This document shows positions 40,101 through 51,419 of a stretch of DNA of 64,000 nt, in pieces. Each line of letters opens with the position of its first letter. Position 1 is the stretch's first letter. Position numbers and translations under genes: made by a program. The notes under the pieces were generated by a model. That model was given only the letters and a program-made list of their open reading frames with translations, was not told the origin of the DNA and searched no databases. The stretch is from Lama guanicoe (lineage: Eukaryota), in the NCBI GenBank assembly GCA_013239625.1, contig MU053559.1, positions 1,054,001 through 1,118,000 of the forward strand, in the 5' to 3' direction.

Positions 40101-40417
40101 TTTTTTTTTTTTCCATATTCTACACTAATAGTTGGTGTTGGTTACTGAACGTTTTCTCTACCACAGATTCCGGTACTATAAACTGTACTTTGATGCCCCC
40201 AGGAAATGTTTGTGGAGTGAATGCTGAGTGACTGACCATGTGGACACTGTCTTTCCAGGTTTCTTGGAGTCTCTGCAGAGCCCCTGGGCCAGACCCCTTA
40301 GGGAAGGCTACAGGACTCAACAGCTCTGGTTGAGTCCACGGACCCGCCTGGCCTCGGGCTCCTGGAAAGAGTGGAGTTGTCCGCAGGAGAGCCCAAGGGC
40401 TGAGGCCCAGTGGGAAG

Positions 40418-40489
40418 ATGCCAGCCAACCGTAGCTGTCCCCAGTGGCCCCCAGCGCTGGCTGCGGAGGGACATGGCAGCGTGTGTGAG
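40418..40489 (+). CDS. ZNF41: ZNF41 first coding exon (MPANRSCPQWPPALAAEGHGSVCE); exon probably starts at 40259
   Basis: ATG at 40418. The peptide resembles the recalled human ZNF41 N-terminus (MAANGDSPPWSPALAAEGRGSSCE). Phase-0 donor GAG|GTGAGG at 40489/40490. Upstream acceptor ctttccag| at 40258 with a ctgac branch-like motif. Confidence 0.88.
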
Positions 40490-43344
40490 GTGAGGAGAGA
40501 GAGGGCTCCGGGGGCCAGGAGTTCATTCGGTGAGGAGATGGCCCGGATTTGTCACCAGGGCCTCAGGGCAAGGGCAGGTGGGTCACAGAAGCGGCAGATT
40601 CTGGACTCACTGCCCCCCTAGAGGGATCACCTCCTTCCTACTGTGTGAGTACTGCGTGTCTGGTATCCCACATCCAGAGTGTTTCAGTGGAAAATGTGAT
40701 GTGGCTGATGGAGGAAAAGTGGGTTGGGAGGGTCAGCCTCACAGCTTAGCGGTGGAACAGGCAGCTCCCTGCAGGTGAGGTCTGAGTAGAGGCAACCACC
40801 GGTCCCAGCCAGGGAGACGCTACCCCTCTGACACCCAGTGCAGACCCTTCACTCCCCACTGGCTCAGTGCGCATGCTCAGCTGATCCCCACCAGCGCTTC
40901 CTCTCTCCCTGACCCTTGGGGATTTGCTGATTTCTCCTCTGTCCTGACCCAGGGCAGAAAAACCCCTTCTCTTTGAAACTTAGTGGGTGGCGGGGCAGTA
41001 GGGTGACTGCAGTCTCTAGGGCCCTTCTCCTTCTTCTTTCAAAAATGAATAAAATGGCCTGAGAAGGTCACGTGACTTGCCCAGGCCTCCTTTCAAAAAT
41101 GAATAAAATGGCCTGAGAAGGTCACGTGACTTGCCCAGGCCTCTGGGACAGTGAGTGATGGCAGTGGGCTGGAACCAGGTGTCCCGACTGGGTCCTCCAC
41201 CCTCACCGCACTACAGCCAAGACCAAGTTTCCCAGTAGAAGTTCCCCTCGAGATTCTGTTAACAGAGGAAGATGAAGTGGGAGCCAGACCCTGCCCCACA
41301 CCTCCCTCTTCCCGACCGTCCTGTGGATGCTGTCACCTCTAGGGACGGGCTCGTTGTCACAAGGGCTCAGGGTCATGTGGTCATTAGGATAATATTACAC
41401 TTTAAAAAATTCTTTTGCTTTGTATTATTTCAAAAATTCATCATTTCACAATTAATGTTAGAAAATGCAGGTAAGCAAATAGAAGAGAATAAAGCATCAC
41501 TTGTAATTTCAGCATTACCCAAAGTTAACCATTGTTAACATTTAGCTATATTTCCCTACAGTGTTTTTTTTTCCTTTATATGCACACGTGTGTGGGTAGA
41601 CGTGTGAGGCTGTGAGCATGCATACATGGCACATTCATATACATCACAGAGCTCAAGTTTAAAAATGAAATCATAATATCTGGTTGTCTCCTTTTTAACT
41701 TGACAGTTGAATATAATTTTCTAGACAGTAAAGATTTTGCTTCATACACACATGATGCATATCCTTTGGATAAACTATAATTAATTTCGCCAATCCACTA
41801 CATGGGAATTTAGGGTGTTCTAGGTTTTCTGTTGTGATTAAAACTGCTATGGCAAAATTCTTACACTTAAATATTTTTTGCCAAAGTCACTGAAATTACA
41901 TTTTGAGTGAACAGTATAGGGGCATTGAATGGTAAACAAATCGCTACCTAACAGTAGTGCCCTGCCACTCTGGAAAATTGTCCTTGTTGGGGCTCTGCTC
42001 CATTATATCGGTCACAGACCCACCAGTTGGGGCCACAACAGTGTGGTCCTCCCCAGTCCTTCTGCACATGGCCCCTTGCTGATGTGTGGGAATTTCTAGA
42101 TGAATGATTCTTATCTCCTCAAGGCACATTTCTCCTTTCACTTCTTCCTTCCCAACCACAGATCTCTGCCCCCTTTGCAAGAAGAGGTGGACATGACCAA
42201 GACCCTGGTGGAATATTATTTATTCACTGATTTATTTGTTAGGTTCTTGGTTTTTTCATTAGATGTTAGAGACCAGGGAATGGGCAGAGATAGCAAGGAA
42301 CCAATAAACACGTCCCCAGGAATGGGGAGCAACCACTTGGGCTAAGAAATAGTGGCTGAAGCTGGAAAACAGGCAGAGGGGTCAGTAAGAGAAAGACGGA
42401 TGAGGAACAGCCACAAGGAACAGCTGGAGGGACCATGGTGCCCTTACTGAGGCTGGAGGATAGCCCAGGGGCCCAGGGGGCAGGTGGGAATGCAATGGAA
42501 TAAACAAAGGAAACAGGAAACATGAACCAGAGGCCAGGGAGCAGCGGAAAGACCAAGAAACAGTCGGTGGGGCTGGAGAAGTGGTAATAGTGGGGAGCAA
42601 GGAAGAGCCAGAGAGTCTGGGAACAGTTAGAGGGATTTCAAAAGAGGAGGAGGGACCAGGAGATACAGGAACCAGAGGGAACAGGGGCCATCCAGAAGGA
42701 TGAAGAAACCAAAGACTCAGCTAAAATGGAAAAGCAAAAAGGCTTGGTGTGCTGGGTAAGAGCCTGCCAGACAAGCCACTTCGAGAGGTACCAAGAGGCA
42801 GAGGAAAGTCTGAAGGGATGGGGAAAGGCAGAGGTACCGGGGAACAGGAAATGGGGAGAAATGAAAAAAGATGAGCCTGGAAGTAGGCAGCAGCCAGAGG
42901 GAGCAGAGAGCAGCTGCTGAGGCTGCAGAATAGGTTCGAGGGGCAGGGGAGGAATGGGCCCATGGGACAGCTGGGGAGACAGCAAAGGCCTCCAAGGCTG
43001 AGGAGGAGCCAGGGCAGCAAACAACCAGGAATAGTCACTAAGGTCGCGGAACAGCCAGAGGGAACAGTAAAGCTGTGCTGGGTGTTCACTGGGGGTCCCA
43101 GACCTAACCAGAGGGCTAGGGAGCTGCAAAGTGGGCCTCAGAAGTGTATCTGGTGTTGGATAGCAGCCTGGCTGGCTGGGGAACAACTAGAGAGACTAGA
43201 GAAAAACTAGAAGGCATATAGCGTCTGTTCCCAAAGCTAGTTAGCAGCCAGAGGCCCCATGTAGTGGGCACTGAGGTTAAGGGGCAGTTGCAGAAGCCAG
43301 GGAGAGGCTGGGGAGCTTCCAGAGTTCCCTGGGATAAGGTGACA

Positions 43345-43420
43345 GGGGTTTCCTGGGATGTGAGACTGAAGGGCTAAAACAGGAAAAGTCCTGGGCAAAC
43401 TGGGACAGTTGATCACCCTC
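43345..43420 (-). mobile_element. MER94/MER81-like hAT-Blackjack fragment
   Basis: gtcctgggcaaactgggacagttgatcaccct is the reverse complement of the recalled TIR agggtgaccaactgtccc. Confidence 0.65.
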
Positions 43421-44369
43421 CCCAAGAAGCAACCAGAGGAACCAGCTAAAGGTCACATGTAATGTAAATGATGGAGAAGGTGAAAGTACAGAATCCAGCC
43501 GTGGCACAGAGCACATAGAAGCAGTGGGCTTTGATGATCAAGAGCCTAGGCCAGAAGCCAGGTAGACCAGCGCTGCGCAAAGTGCGGTCCATGAGTCAGA
43601 TGCATGAGCATCAGGTGAGAGTATATTAGAGATGCATTCCAGGACTGCCCAAGGAGCAGGGAAGAATTGGGTCTAGAGAGAACTAAGAAGGCTCAAAGGG
43701 CGGTCCTGGGGTCACCACAAGAGCAAGGGTCCGGAGGATGGGCTGGCAGGAGGAGCGCTTCCCTCAAGCCTGACCCTGGGGCTCTCCCTGGGTGAGTGCC
43801 CTTGGGTGATGACGGGAGGCAGGTCAGGTGTGTTGCTAGAGGCTCGCCTGGAGGTCCTGCTGTCAACAACACTCAGCTCAGGAGAGCTGGTGAGTGGAGA
43901 AGTGCTGGGCACAGCCCAGTGCTTGTGGATCTGCCTCCGGGAGATGCTGGTGGAGGAGGAGGTACCATGAGTTCCCTGCCTGCTCTGTGCCCCTGAACAC
44001 TCACTAACAAAGGCCCCCAAAGGACAAAGGATCTTTCCATAGGAGCCGGTCTGCCTGGCTCCTAGCCTAAGCTCTTGATCATCAAATAAAGGTTTCTTAT
44101 TTCCTTATTGTTGAATCACTAGATCTTGTCTTTGATACTGAGTGCATTTTCTGTCCTGTTTAGGAAATCCTTATCTACTCCAAGGCCTAAACAAATATTC
44201 ACCTGTATTTTCTCCTGTGAGTTTTAAAGCATTCATTCTTTTGAAACTTTTGATTCTTTTGCCTTTCATCCAAAATCACTAATTGTTATCACCTTTTGCC
44301 ATATTTGCCTTCATTCTTGTCTCAATTTATGTATGTTATGTGTATATGTGTGTACACACAGATATACTT

Positions 44370-44598
44370 TTGGAGGGGGGGATCTGAAACCAGAAAACTC
44401 TTTATTGCACAGGTACAAAGGCGTCACAGCAGAGATGTACAGCAATAAATTAGGTGTGGCCAGGAGGGGACGGGCAGGCGTGGGCCACGTGTTGCACAAA
44501 CAGGAGCCACCACATAGGGTCTCTTCTCAATAATTTATATCATGATAAAAGCAGCACAAAAATAAATATTGAAATGAACCTGCTGAGGTGGCCAGGGG
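44370..44598 (-). pseudogene. 5'-truncated processed retrocopy of an unidentified mRNA 3' end
   Basis: Exact 13-bp TSD CACAGATATACTT at 44357-44369 and 44599-44611; AATAAA on the minus strand (TTTATT at 44401-44406); content does not resemble a TE. Confidence 0.7.
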
Positions 44599-47500
44599 CA
44601 CAGATATACTTAAAACTTCATTTTCTGAACTATTTGAAGTGTAACTTGCAGACATAATTCCCCTTTACCATGAAATACTTCAGTGTGTACCTCTTAAGCA
44701 CAAAGACATTCTCTTATGTAATCACAGTGCAGTTATCAAAATCAAGAAATTTCACATTGATCTAATACTATCTAATATTTGCTGTGCATTAATTACCTAA
44801 CACAGTTTATAAATACAGTTTCCCCAGTTGTCATAATAACATCCTTTATAGCATCCCCACCCCCAATCCAGGATCCAGTCCAGATTCATATATGACATTT
44901 AGTTGTCACATCCCTTTAGTCTTTAATCTGAAACAGTTCCTTAAGCCTTTCCTTGACTTTCATGACACTGACCGTTTGGAAGAATGTCCCTCAATTTGGG
45001 TTTGTTTCTTGCTTCCTCATAATTAGATTCAGGTTATTCATTTTTTGTCAAGCATATCACAGAAATGATGCTGTGTTCTTAATGCCTCATGTCAATAAGC
45101 ATTCAATATCAATTTATCCTTTATTGGTGATATTAACTTTGATTGCCTGGCTAAGATGGTGTCTGTCAGGTAAAGCTGCTATCTTTCTCTTTGTAATTAA
45201 TCATTATTTTGTAGGGAGATAGTTTGAGACTATGTAACTACCCTGGTTCTCATGCTTTTGTCCACTGATTGTAACATCCAGGGATGATTCTTGCCTGTAA
45301 CAATTAATTACTGTGCTGTTTCCCTAATGGTGTTTTTCTAATTGCAGCATTTCTTCTGCATTGATTAGTTGGCACTCTGCTCTAAGGAAAAACATTCCTT
45401 GCTCTGACTGCTGAAAGGACAATTATATGCCAGGCAAAGTGAGCACACCTTGATTTACCATTTGTCACTAATACGAACTAGAGCTTCTCGGAGAAATGAC
45501 TGACTCGAGGGTTAGAACACAGAAAGTACAAAATGATTCTGGAAGAACTCATTGTGCTGGAAAGTAATGAAGTGCTCAAAAGATGGGAACATGTCAAAAT
45601 GACCCATGAGCCACTTTGAAGGAGCTCCCTGTGGCCAAATCTGAGATAATTTGAGTAGCAAAATAAATCATGATGGTAATAGATTATTATCTGCTGATTA
45701 AAGTAGGAAGTGACCAGTCCATACACTATTAGGTAGGTACATAGGTGGGCAGAGAGATAAGAAAGAAGTGAATGCTCCTTTTTAATAGCATCTCAATCTT
45801 TTTTTGCTGTGTCCCCTACTCCAATCTTTCCAGGGATCATTTGGTAGTCTGTTCAAATGTTTTACTTTGAAATAATTGTAAATTTACAGGAAGTTGCCAA
45901 GATCGTACAGAGAGGTCTCAGGTTGCCTTTTAGCCAGTTTCCCCTAACGATTACATCCTGCATCCCTAAAGTACAGTGTCACAAACAGGAAACCGACATT
46001 GCTGTGGTGTGTCGTTCTCTGCCATTTTACACACATGTAGATTCCTGTGCAATAAACCAGATACAGAACTATTCCATCACCACAGAGATCTCTACTGGTG
46101 TTGACATCTTACCAGTTAGAGTGAAGTGTAGAAAACTTAACCTCCCTTTAAGTCCCTTTATCCTGGCCAGTTTATAACTGTCTTAAATATTTCCTCTACA
46201 TGCACAGAGATCCCCATCAGAAAATGTTAGATTTTTTGCTTTGACCTTCAAATATAATTTAGAAAATTCAAGAGGAAGAGGAAAGTATTGTATTGACTCA
46301 TATTTTTTCTGCTTCCATTTTTCTTCTCTCCTGATGTTCCAAGATTTCTCCCTTTATCATTTCCTTTCTGTTTACAGAACTTCCTCTAGCCATTCTTTTT
46401 TAGAGTAGGTCTGCCGACAACAGATTTTCTTAGTTCGCCTTCATCTGAGAATATCTTGATTTCCTGCCTGATCTTCAGTTATGTCCTGGGTATTTTGGGA
46501 ACAATGAGACTCTGGATATCATTTAAATCTTGTGTTTAGCAGGCTCTCTCCAATGCTGTTCTGCTTAAAAAAAAAAAGGGAGAATCTCCTTCTTAGTGCC
46601 AGGTTCCCTACTTGGCCTCTGACATCACCCACGTGGGGAGACAAAAAGGCTTTTGGGTTGGGGGGTAAAAATTCAAGATCCCGGCATAGCCTAAGTTGAT
46701 ACTGTGGGAGAGGGGCCTCATTATCTGCAGGCAGGGATGAAAATCTAGGCTCCCCACTCAGCCTTCGCTGATGGGAATGAGGATGGGGGCCACAGTTTTG
46801 GGTTTTTTTCCTGTGATGCTTGGCTGGAGTAGGGCAGTAATTAAATTTTTTCTGTCTTGCTCCATTGCCCCTTTCCTGGTCCTTTGGCTAGAGAGAGCAG
46901 GCTTCTGCGGGGGGGGGGGCTGTTTTTATCCGCATCATTTGGCATTCTGGTTTGCCAGCTTCTCTAGCACCTAGTCCAAGATATATGGGGCAAAAAGAAA
47001 AAACTCAGGGAAATTACTGTTGTGTCATTCCTGAGTTTCCAAGATCCCTAGCCAGTTAGCCTCCTTCTCTCCAAAGGACAGTTTCTTATCTTTGTTTTAT
47101 ACATAACGCCCAGAGCTTTTAGCTGTACATAGCAGGAGAAGTAGGGAGAATTGTATCTATTCCATTTTGGACCCATTGGTAATTTTTAACTTAATTTTTT
47201 AATAGGTAATACATTCACATGGTCCTCTCCCTTTATCCCCCAGATCTCCCTAACCAAATACCCGTCTTGATTAGTTCGTGAGTGTGTGGATGGGTTTTAT
47301 ATGCTTAGAGATTATACAAATAAAACCAGCTAAGAAAATATCCTTAATATTTTTCTCCCAAAGATAGTAGGATAGGGTTACTTTTAGGTTGAACACTGAT
47401 TTTTAATTACTATTAATTTTAAACTTCTTTAGCATGAAATATTGCACATATTTTGAATAATGCTGCTATAAATACTCTTGAACATGCCTCTTGTTGCACA

Positions 47501-47699
47501 TGAGCACAACATATTCCAACTGAGCATATTTCTGTGGTTGGAATCACTGTGTCCGTGTGTATGCATGTTTCAGCATAACCAGGTAAAGTCACAAATGCTT
47601 TCCAGTATGCTTGTCCCAATTTACACCACCATCAGCAACATGAGAGTTCTCACTGCACCACATTCTCTTCAATACTTCATATTGCTAGTCTTTAAAAAA

Positions 47700-48358
47700 A
47701 ATTTTGTATTGAAATGTAGTTAATTTACAACATAAGTTTCAGGTGTACAAACATAGTGACTCACAATTTTTGATGTTATACTCCGCTTACAATTATAAAA
47801 TATTGACTGTATTTTTCTGTGCTATATAATATATCCTTGTGGCTTATTTTAAACCCATTAGTTTGTACCTCTTAATTCCCTACCCCTCCATTTCCTCTCC
47901 CCTCTTCCCTCTCCCCACTGGTAACCACTAGTTTGTTCTCTATATCTTTGACTCTGTTTGTCTTTTGTTATATTCACTAGTCTGTTTTATTTTTTAGATT
48001 CCACATATAAGTGATATCATACAGTATTTGTCTTTCTCTGTCTGGCTTATTTCATTTAGCATAATACCCTCCAAGTCCATCCATGTTGTTGCAAATAGTA
48101 AAATTTTATTCTTTTTTATGGCTTAGTAGTGTTCCATTGTGTATATATATACACACCACATCTTTATCTGTTCATCTGTTGATGGACATTTGGGTTGCTT
48201 CTAAGTGTCTTGGCTGTTGTAGATAATGCTGCTGTGAACATTGGGGTGCATGTATCTTTTTGAATTAGTGTTTTTGATTTTCTTCAGATATATACCCAGG
48301 AGTTTCTAGATCATATGGTGGTTCTATTTTTAGTGTTTTAAGGAACCTCCACACTGCC
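47700..48358 (-). mobile_element. L1 3' end
   Basis: tttttagattccacatataagtgatatcatacagtatttgtctttctctg. Confidence 0.88.
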
Positions 48359-48750
48359 TAGATCCAAGATCATGAAGATATTTGTATATTTTATGTTTTT
48401 TCTATGTTATCTTTTAAAGGCTGTACTGTTTTGCCTTCCCCCCTATGTGTTCCTTCCAAATGCCTTTTAGCCCCCTTTGTGTCTCCCTATGTTGGTTGTT
48501 TTATGTTTTATTCAATTCTATACTGCCATTGCCTAGCACATAATCAACCAGTAAACGTATTGTATATAGTTCCTACGTTAATTTGAGCACTAAAGAGAGT
48601 CGATTTTAATCCTCATTCTTGAAAAAGAGAAGGACTGAGTGAATAAATGAATGAATGTAATTCACAGTGACTATTAAGATAGTTCAATAAGTTTTTTTTC
48701 TGTCACAAACTAAAATGCAAAACTAGATAATGAGTAAAAACCCTACATGA

Positions 48751-48999
<249 letters not shown>

Positions 49000-49183
49000 T
49001 AGAGTGTGGGATGGCGTCGCCCTTGATTTACCTGAGATTCTTCAGTCCTTTTGCACTTCTGTGATTATTACTCTATTCCCAGTGAAATGGGATTACTTCC
49101 CTGAAGAGCAAATGGCAGTGTCATTGAAAGGCCCCTAAAACCAAATTAGCTGGACCCAATCATGTATTGTGTCCTGTTAACAG

Positions 49184-49279
49184 GGTACCAAGTTCCCAAA
49201 CCAGAGGTCATCTTCAAGTTGGAGCAAGGAGAAGGTCCATGGACGTTGGAGGAGGAAACCCCACATCAGAGCTGCTCAG
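49184..49279 (+). CDS. ZNF41: ZNF41 KRAB-B exon ([32 protein letters not shown])
   Basis: 96-nt phase 1-1 exon with aacag| acceptor, CAG|GTGCGT donor and the KRAB-B motif KP-vi--LEQG-PW. Confidence 0.96.
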
Positions 49280-49817
49280 GTGCGTGATGGGGGACATGGA
49301 AGTGGATGTCAGTTCTTCTAGGAGAGGCTGATAGCCTTTGAAAGGCTCTGAAGATAACCTGGAGAGAGTTGACAGAAGCCCCTTCAATACCTAGATGCCA
49401 TCTCCAAGTATGACTCTTGCCAATATCCATTGTCTTCTCTGCTTGGCTTTTTGACAAGAGAGCTGTCCCTAATCTCTGTACCCTGTGTCATGTAAATACC
49501 TCCCTATCTTATCTAGGAACTATTTATTCTTCCTACTCCACTCCCACCCCCTTATCTTAGGTTCTTTCCTTGTTACATTTGAGTATTTCTAAATTTCTTC
49601 CCTTTTATTCCAATTCCCCATATCCATCCCTTATGCCTCTTCCCACAGGCAACTGATCCATTGTGTTTGATCCTTGAATTTGTGTGGTATTCTCCTAAAG
49701 CCTGAGTATTGGTATATAAGTATGTATTTTTAGAATATATAAATTACATTGTGCTATGTGTCTTAATTCTGTTCCTTTTTTTGTTAACTCATCCCTAAGG
49801 TCTGTCCCTTTTGTAAT

Positions 49818-49945
49818 GGGGGAGAGGGTATAGCTCAGTGGTAGAGTGTGTGCTTAGTACACACAGGGTCCTGGGTTCAATCCCCGGTACCTCCAATAAA
49901 AATAAATAAATAAACCTAATTACCTATCCCTCCAAAAAAAAAAAA
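49818..49945 (+). mobile_element. tRNA-derived SINE (Vic-1-like)
   Basis: gggtatagctcagtggtagag...gggttcaatccccggtacctcc followed by a tail. Confidence 0.88.
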
Positions 49946-51419
49946 CCCAAAAAAGCAACCTATTGCAGTGTGTTCATCTGACTTCCTTCCTTCACATGGC
50001 TGCACGGTATTCCACAGTGTGCCAGCACCACATCTTATTTAACCATTCACCTGATGATTTTCATGAACTTCCAGCTCAGACAAACAACTCTACAATAAAT
50101 TTGCACATAAATGTTCCTTCATGGAGTGTGGGGATTTCTCAAGGTTGTATATAGAAGAGAGGGTCTGCCTGGTCATTGCCTAGTCTGATCCTAAACTTGG
50201 CTGAGCACCACCATGTTATTCTTGGATTGGCCATGCTAATCTATACTCGTGCCAGCAAGAGTGCACGAGGCTTCTGGCTTTCCTAGAGTTTTTGCCAACA
50301 GTTAGTAATACCAAAGTTTCTCATTTTTTGGCCAACAGTGGGTATGAGGTGGTGTCATTTTGTATTTGGCATTTCTCCAATACCTAGTTTGAGCGTTTCA
50401 TTATTGACCTATTGCAGTCTCTGAGTTTCCCTCCTGTAAGTGACCTTGCTCCAGTTCCCCTTGTTTTGATTGAGTTTCTTGTCTGTTTCAGCCTGATTTA
50501 CATCCAGTATAATATTTGCCCCCTTTTCCAGCCTTCTCTTCTTCATTATCCCCATAAATGAGGTCACCCTACAGACCCTGTCTACTGTTCACCTGTCTTG
50601 TCTTTATATACATGCAAGGATTCATCCATCCTGAAATTCTGATGACTCTGCTTTTGACATCTCCTCATGAGCTTTGACAGAAAAACATCTGTTTTTTTCT
50701 GTGGTACTTTAGTACTACATTTTGCTACCCAGAAAGTTCCCTTGAGATGTTTCTCTTGATCCTTAGTACATCAGAACTTGCAATCATCACCTCACATATC
50801 AGAAACCCTCCTCACCTTCCAAGTTTTATCACATTCTGTCAGTGTTTCATGAATCTTTCATTGTTTAATTAATCACGCTGCCGTTCCTACTGCTTTTCTG
50901 TTCTTACAAATATCATTTTTAGTTCTCAGTTCATCTTCTCAGTTCCCTTAATATCACCCAAAGCCAGCTCTATATTTTTATTTTTTTAATTTATTTTTTA
51001 TTGAAGTGTAGTTGATTTATAAATGCCCTGTTAGTTTCAGGTATACAGCAAAGTGATTCAGTTTTATAAATATGGAGCTATACATATATATATATGTATA
51101 GCTCCATATATATATATGTATACATATATATATATATGTATATATATATATGTATATATATATGTATAGCTCCATATTTATATGCCTGGATTATAATTTT
51201 TCTATTATTGATTACATTTGCTGATTCTTTTTTAGTTCATTTTAAATGCTAATGGCAGATTTCATTACCTAAAGCATTCTGTGTATCTAGACATTAGCTT
51301 TATGAAATGAACTACAATCATTCCCTATGACTTAGTATGTGACAATTAAACTCTTCTTTCAAAGAAATAAACAGCATGGCCATGTATTTCCAACTCAAAC
51401 ATGTATTTGTATATTTTGT

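Noticed and set aside
42638..43186. 182-aa minus-strand ORF
   Set aside because: Pyrimidine-rich antisense reading of the purine-rich tract; L/P/S-rich with no recognisable domain
33895..47170. Similarity of 33895-34300 and 35100-36070 to 46090-47170, suggesting a segmental duplication
   Set aside because: Both are visibly diverged copies of the same old L1 5'/ORF1 region, most simply independent insertions
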